In this document: positions 1 through 9,197 of the stretch, piece after piece
Layout of the letters: each line of letters begins with the position of its first letter
Numbering within the stretch: the first letter of the stretch is position 1
NCBI GenBank assembly: GCA_951813565.1
Contig: OX638351.1
Coordinates: forward strand, 4,960,001 to 5,024,000
Direction: 5' to 3'
Length of the DNA stretch: 64,000 nt
From: an uncultured Poribacteria bacterium
GTDB taxonomy: Bacteria > Poribacteria > WGA-4E > WGA-3G
The notes under the pieces: generated by a model
Told to the model about the DNA's origin: nothing
Database searches by the model: none
What the model saw: only the letters and a program-made list of their open reading frames with translations
Program-made: the position numbers and the translations under genes

Positions 1-408
1 GTGTGGTAACCACGTCTCAATGAACTTGGCAATTTTTTCGCGCTCCGCTTGTAGGACAACTTCTGTAGTTTTCGATTTTTTCCACGCAGCTTTAGCACGT
101 TTGAGGTGAAATTGGCGTTGTTCCTGAATTTCGAGTGCCTCCTTTTCTGTGCGTGCAGCCCATTTTTCATATCCATTGCGTTTGTAGTAATTGAGGGCAA
201 TCTCGTTCATCGGTACCGAAATCAGTGTAAGACATTCAGCTGCAGCTCCGTGCCAGAGAGCAAGTCTACCAAAATCGCCGTGCTGTTCGGACATTTTGAT
301 AAAAATGTTAGCATTTGCAGTGCCTTCAAAGACAGCACTACACGGTTTGGTAAGTATTAGCAAAATGGGAAATAAAAGAAGTGCGGCGTTTTTCATTTTT
401 TGTACCAT
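1..408 (-). CDS. Hypothetical secreted protein, runs off the window edge (partial)
   Basis: Manual translation of the minus strand from ATG 408 (alternative ATG 396) gives MVQKMKNAALLLFPILLILTKPCSAVFEG...IETWLPH, open to base 1. The N-terminus looks like a signal peptide. It is not in the ORF track because it has no stop in the window. Confidence 0.6.
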   Translation of the reverse strand, partial: MVQKMKNAALLLFPILLILTKPCSAVFEGTANANIFIKMSEQHGDFGRLALWHGAAAECLTLISVPMNEIALNYYKRNGYEKWAARTEKEALEIQEQRQFHLKRAKAAWKKSKTTEVVLQAEREKIAKFIETWLPH

Positions 409-498
409 CTTAGTAAATTTGTAGGGACTTATGATTGTCTTGTAATACCACAGGTAGTAACACGCGCCATGTAAATTTCATTTGTAATCACGTCGTTT

Positions 499-560
499 GT
501 AGTCGCGCAATTCATTGCACCTCTTTGAGTTTGGTACGGCACGCGGAGCGTGCCTACTAC
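499..560. repeat. Two GTAG-type REP-like palindromes
   Basis: GTAGTCGCGCAATTCATTGCAC at 499, with related copies at ~8990 and ~14040 and inverted copies at ~17118 and ~32023. CGGCACGCGGAGCGTGCCTACTAC at 537, with related copies at ~4655, ~4696 and ~46483. Confidence 0.7.
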
Positions 561-580
561 TTTTAAATGCCACTTTTGAT

Positions 581-1711
581 TTATTTGGAATTATAAGTCA
601 GCATTATGCGAACTGTTGCTGAAAATGTCTCTCCTGGAGACAACACAATTACTCCTGCCGGAATACCTTTCGCCTCCAAATTGATTGCATCTGTTGGACA
701 GGTGTAAGGTTCAAAACAGATTGCATCTCGCCTCGGTGGTGTATAGACAACTAATTCTCTAAATTGGGCATCCGATTCCATCACCATGCCGTGTCCCGTA
801 TCCCGATTTTCAATGCGACATCGACTTACACCGTCTACCAATTCCACATCTGTGAAAACATGATCAAGTTTCAGTTTTTCAAAGGGTTGTCCATTGCGCA
901 AATCAAGTGTTCCTGTAACATCCTTCTGTATGCCTGTTGGCACGAGAACATCGTCCAATTCCCAATATTTGTTAACAGGAACGGTAATCACTGCTTTTGA
1001 TGCATCCGCTGTTCCGGTTAGGTTTGTGCTAAAATAGGGGTGAATACCGAATCCCATCGGCATATTTCCATCGCCTGTGTTTGTGATAGCAACCTCCATC
1101 TTCAGCACAGTGTCTTTGAGGGTGTAGATAATCTCAATTTTAAAAGGAAACGGATATTGTCGGCTGACATCCGGAAAATCTTGCGAATTTAGCGAGCATC
1201 TCAATGTTGCACCGGTTTCATTAGCCTCATGTTTGTCAACTTTGTATGGACGGTTCAACAGCAGACCGTGGATAGTGGTTGGGGATTCGGGTTCTTTGTC
1301 AAACTGATAGGTTTTTCCCTCAAACTCCCATTTTCCATTCCGAATGCGGTTTGGGAAAGGAAAAAGAATTGGATTGCCGAAAGCGGTTGGACGTTGTTTC
1401 AACGTTTCCAAATCAGGTGGTTCGTCTATCAAGTTGAGCCAGTTTTTTCCATCGGAGACCCTGAACGCGTAGCAGTTATTTCCGAGTGCTGGTACAATCT
1501 CAGCAATCGCTTTGCCATCTTGTTCTATGGAGTAGACATCAAAACCATGAGAATCCCATGCTTTGCCGACTGAATATGAAGTTTGCGCCATTGTTTTTCC
1601 TTTATCAGTGTTTAGGAGTATCGTTGAAAGTAAGAGAAAAACACAGATTATCCCAATAAAAAGGGCATAAAGAAAAGAGAAAGTGGTATATTTCATTGTT
1701 CTTTCTCTCAA
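581..1711 (-). CDS. Aldose 1-epimerase (galactose mutarotase) family protein
   Basis: Motifs LFPFPNRI, TIHGL, GIHPYF and ICFEP. The true start may be downstream (1696 or 1591). Confidence 0.85.
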   Translation of the reverse strand: MRERTMKYTTFSFLYALFIGIICVFLLLSTILLNTDKGKTMAQTSYSVGKAWDSHGFDVYSIEQDGKAIAEIVPALGNNCYAFRVSDGKNWLNLIDEPPDLETLKQRPTAFGNPILFPFPNRIRNGKWEFEGKTYQFDKEPESPTTIHGLLLNRPYKVDKHEANETGATLRCSLNSQDFPDVSRQYPFPFKIEIIYTLKDTVLKMEVAITNTGDGNMPMGFGIHPYFSTNLTGTADASKAVITVPVNKYWELDDVLVPTGIQKDVTGTLDLRNGQPFEKLKLDHVFTDVELVDGVSRCRIENRDTGHGMVMESDAQFRELVVYTPPRRDAICFEPYTCPTDAINLEAKGIPAGVIVLSPGETFSATVRIMLTYNSK

Positions 1712-1799
1712 CCATTGACATTTTAAAACTTGACGTAATTGAAAACATCATTACTTTACCAATTCCCGACTATATTTGACACCCGAAAATTCGGTAGTT

Positions 1800-3941
1800 T
1801 TAATTAAATATTCTACGAAGGAAGGATACACCCGAATTTCCTCTTTTGTCAACGATCATATATACTCTATTACCAAGTTCATCAATAACATGTATTTTGA
1901 TCAAATTGTCTGCAAATTTCGGATAATCCAATCCAACTGTTGCCTTCTTCTCACCATTCAGTGTCAGGACATCATGCAAAACGTTAAAATTTCCTCTAAA
2001 TTTCTTTTCCCATTCTGTTTTGTTTTCGGTAGGATCTTTTTTCCACAGAAAACTTGGAGGAGGATTTTCGTTGGTTGGTTTAACTAATAACCGAACCTGA
2101 CAAATTCCATCAGCATCCTCAACTATGAATCTTGCTTTTTTTATTGATGGTGAGAGTTTCTCAATTATCGTTTTTTCATCAAAATAGGTCTCTACAGAAT
2201 TAAAAATCCGACACTTATTTAACCATGCTGCACTACTTTTGGACAAATGTTTAGCTTGTTTCTCGTATGACATTAGATAAGATGGACTTCTGTAATCACG
2301 GTTTAAACCAAAGGATTGTGCAAATTTAGAAGTAACGGCATCTGTTGAATATCTGTCGAGGGAGTTATGTAAAATAATCTCACCACCTCGTTGCCTAAAA
2401 ACCATATCTTGTAAATAAATAGAAAGGTGTTTCATTTTAGCAGAAAGATGCTTTATTTCAGCAGAAGTAGGTATATTAGGTTTCTTTTCATTGCTTTTAT
2501 CCACGACGACAAAATAGAATTCGTTGTATGTCTCAAAATGCTGTTTAATTTCTTTCATCACTCTTGTATTAGTATATTCATGATAGTATTCATCCGCTGT
2601 TTTACCTTCAAATAGATATACCTTTGCTGAACCATTACTATTTTTTTCAAACTCGAAAGTCTTCCTTCCATACCCGTGTCGTTCCATTTCATCAGCAAAA
2701 AAAGTTTGAACGTCTCTCAATATCTTATCTATTTTCTCCGGTATATCTGTCTGAGGTAGACGGTTAGTGGGCAAGAAGTAAATCGGCACAACAACATTTG
2801 GGATATTACTTTGTCTTGAAGGCAAAAAGTGTACTATATCCCAAACACGGATGGTCCCATCTTTACCACCACCAGCCACATATTTTGAATCTGTAGAGAC
2901 ATCAACACATTTTACATAATCAGAATATCCTTCTATTGATGTATAACGGTTTCCACTTTCCGCAGACCAGAATTCCAGTTCATTGGTACCGCCACTGATA
3001 ACGGTGCTTCCATCCGATGTAAATACCAGATCATAGACATTTCCAGCAGGAATCACAGTATAGTTTTGCCAATCTGGCGGATGAAATAATTTGATATCTT
3101 CATCATTATCTGCGATTGCAAGTATAGGATTCTGGAGATTGGGTAAGAACTTCATAGCCTCAATCCTTCCAACTTTTTTGTCTATCACATCAATACTTTC
3201 TCGCCTGATGACCTTGTTTCCATCAATCTCCCAGATGTTAACGATATCCTTTCTTGAATCTATCGTTGCAATTAGTTTTCCATCAACAGAAAATGTATGT
3301 TCTTTTTCAATGTTCTTACCTTTCAACTTGATCGCCTCTATAGGCTTTGTTGGATTACTAACATCCCAAAATTCCAAACCGAGAGTCTCAACCGCTAAGT
3401 GTTTTCCATTTGGTGAAAAAGCTGCGTCAAAACCTAGACCGCGGATAGAACTAATAAACTTCCCCGCAGCAATATCCCATAATTTCACGCCATAATCAAT
3501 ATCCCTAAAATCAGAGATAGCAAGTATTTTCCCATCCGGAGAAAACGAAACTGAATATCCACTGAACTCTGCTAATGGAGTCGTAGGATTGTGGATATTC
3601 CACAATTTGATATTTTTCTTATTATCCTGACTATGGGTCATACTTACTACTAAATTGTGGTTGGTAGGTGAAAATTTGACAGACTGCAAGTAACCACCTT
3701 GTACGAATTCTGCAATAAGTGTTGGTTTTTCAGGCACAGTAGCGAATTTCTGTCGAATGTCATCTGGTATCTCCACAGTTCGAGGGATCCGTGGAGGGGG
3801 ATGATCTTCTCTTGACAAATACTTGTCGATCGCTTGCTGTCTGCTGTCAACTTGTTGATTAAAGTATCTAATTAGAAAAATTACACCGAATAGGATCCCA
3901 AATCCAATCAATAATAGTGATAAGAAAACTTTGAATTTCAA
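1800..3941 (-). CDS. Membrane-anchored WD40-repeat protein with a C-terminal degenerate zinc-peptidase-like domain
   Basis: N-terminal hydrophobic helix and WD40 repeats (SVSFSPDGKILA, VAGGGKDGTIRVWD). The C-terminal region VPIYFLP...FFADEMERHGYGRKTF...SKFAQSFGLNRD...YLMSY has metzincin-like spacing but no His ligands. Confidence 0.75.
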   Translation of the reverse strand: MKFKVFLSLLLIGFGILFGVIFLIRYFNQQVDSRQQAIDKYLSREDHPPPRIPRTVEIPDDIRQKFATVPEKPTLIAEFVQGGYLQSVKFSPTNHNLVVSMTHSQDNKKNIKLWNIHNPTTPLAEFSGYSVSFSPDGKILAISDFRDIDYGVKLWDIAAGKFISSIRGLGFDAAFSPNGKHLAVETLGLEFWDVSNPTKPIEAIKLKGKNIEKEHTFSVDGKLIATIDSRKDIVNIWEIDGNKVIRRESIDVIDKKVGRIEAMKFLPNLQNPILAIADNDEDIKLFHPPDWQNYTVIPAGNVYDLVFTSDGSTVISGGTNELEFWSAESGNRYTSIEGYSDYVKCVDVSTDSKYVAGGGKDGTIRVWDIVHFLPSRQSNIPNVVVPIYFLPTNRLPQTDIPEKIDKILRDVQTFFADEMERHGYGRKTFEFEKNSNGSAKVYLFEGKTADEYYHEYTNTRVMKEIKQHFETYNEFYFVVVDKSNEKKPNIPTSAEIKHLSAKMKHLSIYLQDMVFRQRGGEIILHNSLDRYSTDAVTSKFAQSFGLNRDYRSPSYLMSYEKQAKHLSKSSAAWLNKCRIFNSVETYFDEKTIIEKLSPSIKKARFIVEDADGICQVRLLVKPTNENPPPSFLWKKDPTENKTEWEKKFRGNFNVLHDVLTLNGEKKATVGLDYPKFADNLIKIHVIDELGNRVYMIVDKRGNSGVSFLRRIFN

Positions 3942-4008
3942 TTTGTTTTCCTTTGCAATACTGTGCCATATTTGCTTACACTACGAAACCACTCCTACCG
4001 TGACTCTT

Positions 4009-4623
4009 TTATTGTTTAGCACACCACTCAATGCCGCGCCGCAACACCTCACGAAAGTTTGGATTAGAATAGGTAACGTTGTCATGCCCGCTCTGGAGGC
4101 AAAAAACACGGGAATTTCCATATTCACGCGCCCACCCTAACACGTCCATACTATTTGGATGATCAACAGTTAGCAGGATAGTACTATCTTCACCTGCAGA
4201 TTTCATCGTATAGGTTTCGTCTCCCATTTCCCAATCCGTAAGCCCTTCAGTAATCGGATGGGTGGGATCAGCGACTTGCACCTGCAATGTTTGCTTCGGA
4301 AAGTAACCGAAATCAGCACGACTGTTAATCCCGCACATATCAGAAAAGGCATCCCATTCTGGAAATGCAAGGATAGCGTGATGCAGGATGACCAATCCCT
4401 GCCCATGTTCAGTGAGACCCAGAATGGCTTTTGCCTGTGTTTCTGTCGGATACGGACGGTGAAAGTTGTAAAAGACGACGGTTTCGTATGCTTTCTGTTC
4501 TGGGTCGTCAACAAAGACATCAAGGTCTTCCCGAACAAACGCAATGCCTTCCATACTTTGAAAAACTGCGTCAAAATCTTTTTCACGAAATCCATGTTCT
4601 CCAGTTACGACAGCGATTTTCAT
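4009..4623 (-). CDS. ThuA (trehalose utilisation)-like domain protein
   Basis: GLVILHHA, HPITEGL, DETY and GWAREYGNSRVFCLQSGHD...LRRGIEW are typical of the ThuA family. Confidence 0.8.
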   Translation of the reverse strand: MKIAVVTGEHGFREKDFDAVFQSMEGIAFVREDLDVFVDDPEQKAYETVVFYNFHRPYPTETQAKAILGLTEHGQGLVILHHAILAFPEWDAFSDMCGINSRADFGYFPKQTLQVQVADPTHPITEGLTDWEMGDETYTMKSAGEDSTILLTVDHPNSMDVLGWAREYGNSRVFCLQSGHDNVTYSNPNFREVLRRGIEWCAKQ

Positions 4624-4648
4624 GGATGTATTTTTCTCCTATCACATC

Positions 4649-4729
4649 TGTTTACGGCACACGGAGTGTGCCTACTACTATGCAGATTTTGTTTACGGCA
4701 CGCGGAGTGTGCTTACTACTTTGCAGATT
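4649..4729. repeat. Tandem direct repeat (2 units, ~41-bp period) of a REP-like palindrome
   Basis: TGTTTACGGCACACGGAGTGTGCCTACTACTATGCAGATT followed by TGTTTACGGCACGCGGAGTGTGCTTACTACTTTGCAGATT. Confidence 0.8.
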
Positions 4730-5900
4730 AATCAATAATAGCCTGATATGTTAGCACTCGGAATTGGGGGTGGAACGGTGCTTCGCCAATTAATTGTGTC
4801 ATCAAGATGCCGATTAATTCTTCAACAGGGTCAATCCAAAATGTAGTGCTTGCAAGACCACCCCAACTGTAAGTGCCTAAAGAACCGAGACTGTGTGTAT
4901 CAGCAACATTAGTAACAACAGCAAATCCTAAACCGAAACCGCTTCCGCTTCTCCACAGCGGTTGCCAATCATCAGGGATATGATTCATTGTGATAAGTTC
5001 AACTGTTTTTCTACCAATTATGTGAACACCGTCTAATTCACCTTCGTTAAGCATCATTTGGCAAAAGCGGAGATAATCTGCAGCGGTTGACTGCAACCCC
5101 GCGCCGCCAGCATGGAAAAAACTAAGCGGTCCACTTGAAACAGGCGCATTCTCTAACACCTGAATACCACCCTCTTCCGTGGGTTCATATAACGTTGCAT
5201 ACCTGTCAGCTTTTTCTTCTGGAACAGAGAAGTCTGTATCTATCATGCCTAAAGGTTCAAAAATACGCTTTTTCAAAAACTCTGCAAATGGTATACCTGA
5301 GACTACTTCCACAAGGTAACCGAGAACATCGGTAGACATGCCGTAATTCCATGCGTCGCCCGGATGATGTAGAAGCGGGATATTACCGAGTTCACTTGCC
5401 ATGTGTGCAAGATCACCACTGAAAAAATCCGCCTCTCTATACCGGTCATTAATCGGGTGCATCCAGTCGCCACCATAGATGAGACCTGCGGTATGCGTGA
5501 GTAAATGCTTTACTGTCATCTCTCGTTCCACGTCAACAATAGCATCGCCATGATTGGCGTAAACCTTCATGTCTTTGAAAGCGGGAATAAATTCGGATAC
5601 GGGTGTATTGAGTTGAAAATTCCCCTCTTCATAGAGCATCATCACAGCAACGCTGGTAATCGGTTTTGTCATTGAGTAGATGCGGAAGATGGTATCAAAT
5701 TCTATCGGTTTGACGGATGCAACATCCTGCATGCCGAATTTTTCAAAATGAACGAGCCTGCCTTCACGCGCAATCATCGTCAAAGCACCAGGGATTTTTC
5801 CGTCGTCTACCCAGCGTTGCATCGCAGGTGCAATCCGTTCTAACCGCGCTGCGGACATGCCGACTTCTTCAGGCACCGCGCGCGGAATTCCATAATCCAT
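4728..5900 (-). CDS. Serine hydrolase, beta-lactamase class C/esterase VIII family
   Basis: SxxK (YSMTKP), LLTHTAG, WNYG and WGG...FWIDP motifs. Confidence 0.9.
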   Translation of the reverse strand: MDYGIPRAVPEEVGMSAARLERIAPAMQRWVDDGKIPGALTMIAREGRLVHFEKFGMQDVASVKPIEFDTIFRIYSMTKPITSVAVMMLYEEGNFQLNTPVSEFIPAFKDMKVYANHGDAIVDVEREMTVKHLLTHTAGLIYGGDWMHPINDRYREADFFSGDLAHMASELGNIPLLHHPGDAWNYGMSTDVLGYLVEVVSGIPFAEFLKKRIFEPLGMIDTDFSVPEEKADRYATLYEPTEEGGIQVLENAPVSSGPLSFFHAGGAGLQSTAADYLRFCQMMLNEGELDGVHIIGRKTVELITMNHIPDDWQPLWRSGSGFGLGFAVVTNVADTHSLGSLGTYSWGGLASTTFWIDPVEELIGILMTQLIGEAPFHPQFRVLTYQAIID

Positions 5901-5982
5901 AAGTCTGTTTCTCCTCAGTTAATAACCTAAGTTGTTGGTGTCAGATTAAGTGGCAACATAGATCTGTTGTTGCTGATTACAC

Positions 5983-6150
5983 TATTGCTGTGTCCATTCA
6001 ATTTTATGGTAATGTCGCTATTCGGAGATCGCTCCCGCTGGATGCCATACGCGCATTCAGCGTTGATTCACAGAACAACCCTCTTTGTAGGAGGGAACTC
6101 CGATTCCCGATTACTTTGGAGACTCACAATTTAGAGTGGACATAGCACTA
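5983..6150. mobile_element. MITE-like element with imperfect terminal inverted repeats and internal REP palindromes
   Basis: Left end TATTGCTGTGTCCATTC versus reverse complement of the right end TAGTGCTATGTCCACTC. Interior contains GTAGGAGGGAACTCCGATTCCCGA. Confidence 0.5.
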
Positions 6151-7392
6151 TTTCTCTGCATCAAGCAAAGCCTGATATGTGAACTTCCTGAATTCCCCTT
6201 GAAAAGGATAACGGTTATTCATAAGCTGCGTCATCAGAATCCCTATGAGTTCTTTTTCTGGGTCAATCCAAAAGGTTGTGGCAGCTGCACCGCCCCAACT
6301 GTATGCCCCTGTAGACCGTTTATTTTTATCGTCATCCTTACGGGTCACAACATGGAATCCGAGTCCGAATGCCCCATCTTTGCCATACTGATGATGTGGG
6401 TAACGCATCAGTTCAACGGTATCGGATTTTAAAATGCGCACGCCATCCAATTCACCACCATTGAGTAACATCTGACAAAAACGGAGATAATCCGCAGCAG
6501 TTGAAACGAGTCCACCGCCTCCCGAAGGGAAGAAGGATACATCATCGTTTGCAAGCGGCGCGTTTCTCGCAAGTCTAAGTCCACCTTCTTCTGTAGGTCT
6601 ATACAACGCAGCAAATCGCTCTACTTTTACCTGCGGAACTGAAAACGCTGTATCTACCATGCCGAGTGGTTTGAAAATCTTCGTCTGTAAAAATTCTTCA
6701 AACGGCATATCGGAAACAACCTCAACAAGATAACCGAGTACATCCGTAGAAACACCGTAGTTCCACCTTTCGCCGGGTTCGAAAACAAGCGGGATATCTC
6801 CCAGTTTCTCTGCCATCTCTGCTAAACCTGAACCGCGTTTAAAAATTTTCAGTTCACCATAGAGTTTATCAATAGGTTTGTCGCCCCACCCGTAAGTTAA
6901 TCCGGAAGTGTGGGTCAGGAGATGTTTCACTGTCATCTTATTTTTTGCGGCATGGGTTTCTGTCTGTTCTTTGTTGTATACCTTCATGTCTTTAAAGGCA
7001 GGTATATACATTTCAACGGGATCATCAAGTTGCAAACGCCCTTCATCATAAAGTACCATCACAGCAACGCTTGTAATCGGTTTTGACATTGAATAGATAC
7101 GGAATATCGTATCGGGTTCAACCGGTTTTTTATTTTCAACATCTCGCATGCCGATGGTTTCAAAATGTGCAATTTTCCCTTTCCTCGCTATGACAGTCAA
7201 GAATCCGGGTAGTTGTCCTTTGTCGACGTAACCTTGCAGCGTAGGTGCGATTTCTTGCAGTCGTTCAGCGGAAACACCAACATCCTCTGGTGCTGCCATC
7301 GGCAGGCCGTGCTCTTGCAGGACTGTAGCGGTTCCACAGGCGAGTATACCGATGCAGAAAACGAATAATAATATGGACTTTAGATTTCTCAA
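6148..7392 (-). CDS. Serine hydrolase, beta-lactamase class C family, probable lipoprotein; paralog of 4728-5900
   Basis: Lipobox ILAC, plus YSMSKP, LLTHTSG, WNYG and WGG...FWIDP. Confidence 0.9.
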   Translation of the reverse strand: MRNLKSILLFVFCIGILACGTATVLQEHGLPMAAPEDVGVSAERLQEIAPTLQGYVDKGQLPGFLTVIARKGKIAHFETIGMRDVENKKPVEPDTIFRIYSMSKPITSVAVMVLYDEGRLQLDDPVEMYIPAFKDMKVYNKEQTETHAAKNKMTVKHLLTHTSGLTYGWGDKPIDKLYGELKIFKRGSGLAEMAEKLGDIPLVFEPGERWNYGVSTDVLGYLVEVVSDMPFEEFLQTKIFKPLGMVDTAFSVPQVKVERFAALYRPTEEGGLRLARNAPLANDDVSFFPSGGGGLVSTAADYLRFCQMLLNGGELDGVRILKSDTVELMRYPHHQYGKDGAFGLGFHVVTRKDDDKNKRSTGAYSWGGAAATTFWIDPEKELIGILMTQLMNNRYPFQGEFRKFTYQALLDAEK

Positions 7393-7410
7393 ATTAGTCT
7401 CCTTTTTTAT

Positions 7411-8205
7411 TTACGGAACTTGTTTAATATAGCCCCAACGTGTTGTCAATTTTGATTGTGGGTCAACAATAAGAATTTGGGCTAAGCCAACATCCTTAGC
7501 CTCTTTAATCTCATCTTCACTCCGTGCAACGTTGGAGATGCGTATCTCTTCAATGATACCTATCAATCCGTTTGCATTGTCAATATTTGGCACACCGATA
7601 GTAATCGGATCGTTGCTCTGAAACGAAGCCTCATTGGCTTTCTCTGCCTCTAATTGACCATCAACATAAAGCCGTCCCGTATCCCCGTCAAACGTAAAGG
7701 CGAGATGATGCCATTTGTTATCTGTAATTTGGGAGGTACCATTCATGTTAAACGCACATGCCCCATTTGCACCGATCTGTGCATGCAAGACTCTCTGATT
7801 AACCTCAACCCAAATGCCGTAATTTCGATTGGTACAACCTGCCTGCTGTTTGCAGACGATCCCCTGCCATTTGCCATCATGCCCTGTTACCTTGACCAAT
7901 ACCTCAATAGTGAGTGTTTCCAACTCCAATTTTTTCGTAGAATCTACGACAACATAACCGCTGCCATCACCAGGAAATTCTAAACCTGTTCCAAATTTCG
8001 CTTTGACCCACTTGAGACTACCGGTAATTTCACCACTGTGCCCATTCCCAGAAGCGTCTCGGACAGTCTTTCCATTTCCTTCCTCAAAGAGCCAAACGGC
8101 AACGGTGTTTCTATCAACAGCTGCATGTGTGGACATAACACTGAGCAAAACTAAGACCGCTGTAGCGATTGAAATATAGAATAACTTTGAACTGGTGCGT
8201 TTCAT
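7411..8205 (-). CDS. Secreted LamG/concanavalin A-like domain protein
   Basis: Signal peptide, WLFEEGNGKTVRDASGNG, WHHLAFTFD, LYVDG, IEEIRISNVARS, and C-terminal VDPQSKLTTRWGYIK. Confidence 0.85.
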   Translation of the reverse strand: MKRTSSKLFYISIATAVLVLLSVMSTHAAVDRNTVAVWLFEEGNGKTVRDASGNGHSGEITGSLKWVKAKFGTGLEFPGDGSGYVVVDSTKKLELETLTIEVLVKVTGHDGKWQGIVCKQQAGCTNRNYGIWVEVNQRVLHAQIGANGACAFNMNGTSQITDNKWHHLAFTFDGDTGRLYVDGQLEAEKANEASFQSNDPITIGVPNIDNANGLIGIIEEIRISNVARSEDEIKEAKDVGLAQILIVDPQSKLTTRWGYIKQVP

Positions 8206-8308
8206 GTTTACTTCCTCCTTTACTCCGATTGATCATGGCAAATACTATACGCGTATTTGCACTTCAGGAACATTATTACTAACAATACTGTAGACTTTGG
8301 TTATTTTA

Positions 8309-8684
8309 ACCTAAGTTGCCACCTATAAAATACTTCTAAATCCATGGGATTTGCTCTATAATGTTTCTATCAATAAAACAGAAGGAGAAACCCTATGGAA
8401 TTAACATTGTAGCAGTTTACACGATTTGTGACGATCTTTTAATTTCACTCGGTCATCAAACACATCCACAAGCACAAATGACGGATGCTGAAGTGATGAC
8501 AACTGCGATTATCGCAGCACAATATTTTGGAGGCAATCATCAAAGAGCTTGCTGTGTTCTGAAAATCCACGGATACATCCCGAATATGTTAGGACACTCC
8601 CGATATAATCGTCCATTTCATCGGATACCTCATTTGTTTCAAATACTTTTATGAAGATTGTGCTACATAGGTGGCAACTTAGGT
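8309..8684 (+). mobile_element. Internally deleted IS982-family-like element with a truncated, frameshifted transposase
   Basis: Perfect terminal inverted repeats ACCTAAGTTGCCACCTAT / ATAGGTGGCAACTTAGGT. The internal peptide IVAVYTICDDLL...MTDAEVMTTAIIAA...SRYNR resembles an IS982 transposase N-terminus. The DDE domain is absent and the ATG at 8395 is out of frame. Confidence 0.75.
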
Positions 8685-8755
8685 TACCATAGTGAACTTT
8701 GTGTTTTTCTTAACATTTTGAACATGGTCGCGAGCTGGAGTTCGCTCCTACAGTA

Positions 8756-8905
8756 ACCCAAGTTGCTACCTATATCGCGAATGCTCTTGTAGGAGGGGTT
8801 TCTAACCCCGATTTAAAAAGAAGCATAAGAATTAGCTGGAAATCCTTGTTTTTCAGTAAAAAGCAAGGTCTACAAGCTTGAAATCTTGTCCGTAGCAACT
8901 TAGGT
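8756..8905. mobile_element. 150-bp MITE with IS982-like ends and a 7-bp target duplication
   Basis: Ends ACCCAAGTTGCTAC / GTAGCAACTTAGGT. The flanking direct repeat TACAGTA is at 8749-8755 and 8906-8912. Confidence 0.8.
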
Positions 8906-8937
8906 TACAGTAAGAGTTTTAGGGAGAAGGAAGAAAC

Positions 8938-9144
8938 TATAGTAAAATCTAAAATTACTTGGACAGTTCTTTATAGGTTTGATGTGTTTGTAGTCGCGCA
9001 ATTCATTGCGCCTCTTCCTGTGAATCAACGCCAAATAAGCGTTTAGTATTTGTCGGGAGCGAGCTCTAGCTCACGACTTTAAAACTGTAGGACACTTTGT
9101 CCGTGCCGAGTGACAATGTCCAGTTAATTGTAAAATCCACTATA
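8938..9144. mobile_element. MITE-like element with TATAG-starting inverted ends carrying REP palindromes
   Basis: Left end TATAGTAAAATCTAAAATTACTTGGACA versus right-end reverse complement TATAGTGGATTTTACAATTAACTGGACA. A related element lies at 58940-59074 and a solo end at ~14148-14168. Confidence 0.65.
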
Positions 9145-9197
9145 TTAGAGAATTGAATGGCTCTGTGGGTTTCTATTTTCCGTTTGAAAGAGAACTT

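Noticed and set aside
4649..4729. Possible mini-CRISPR (two direct repeats)
   Set aside because: The units are essentially adjacent with no spacer, and they are REP-like palindromes also found singly at 537 and 46483.
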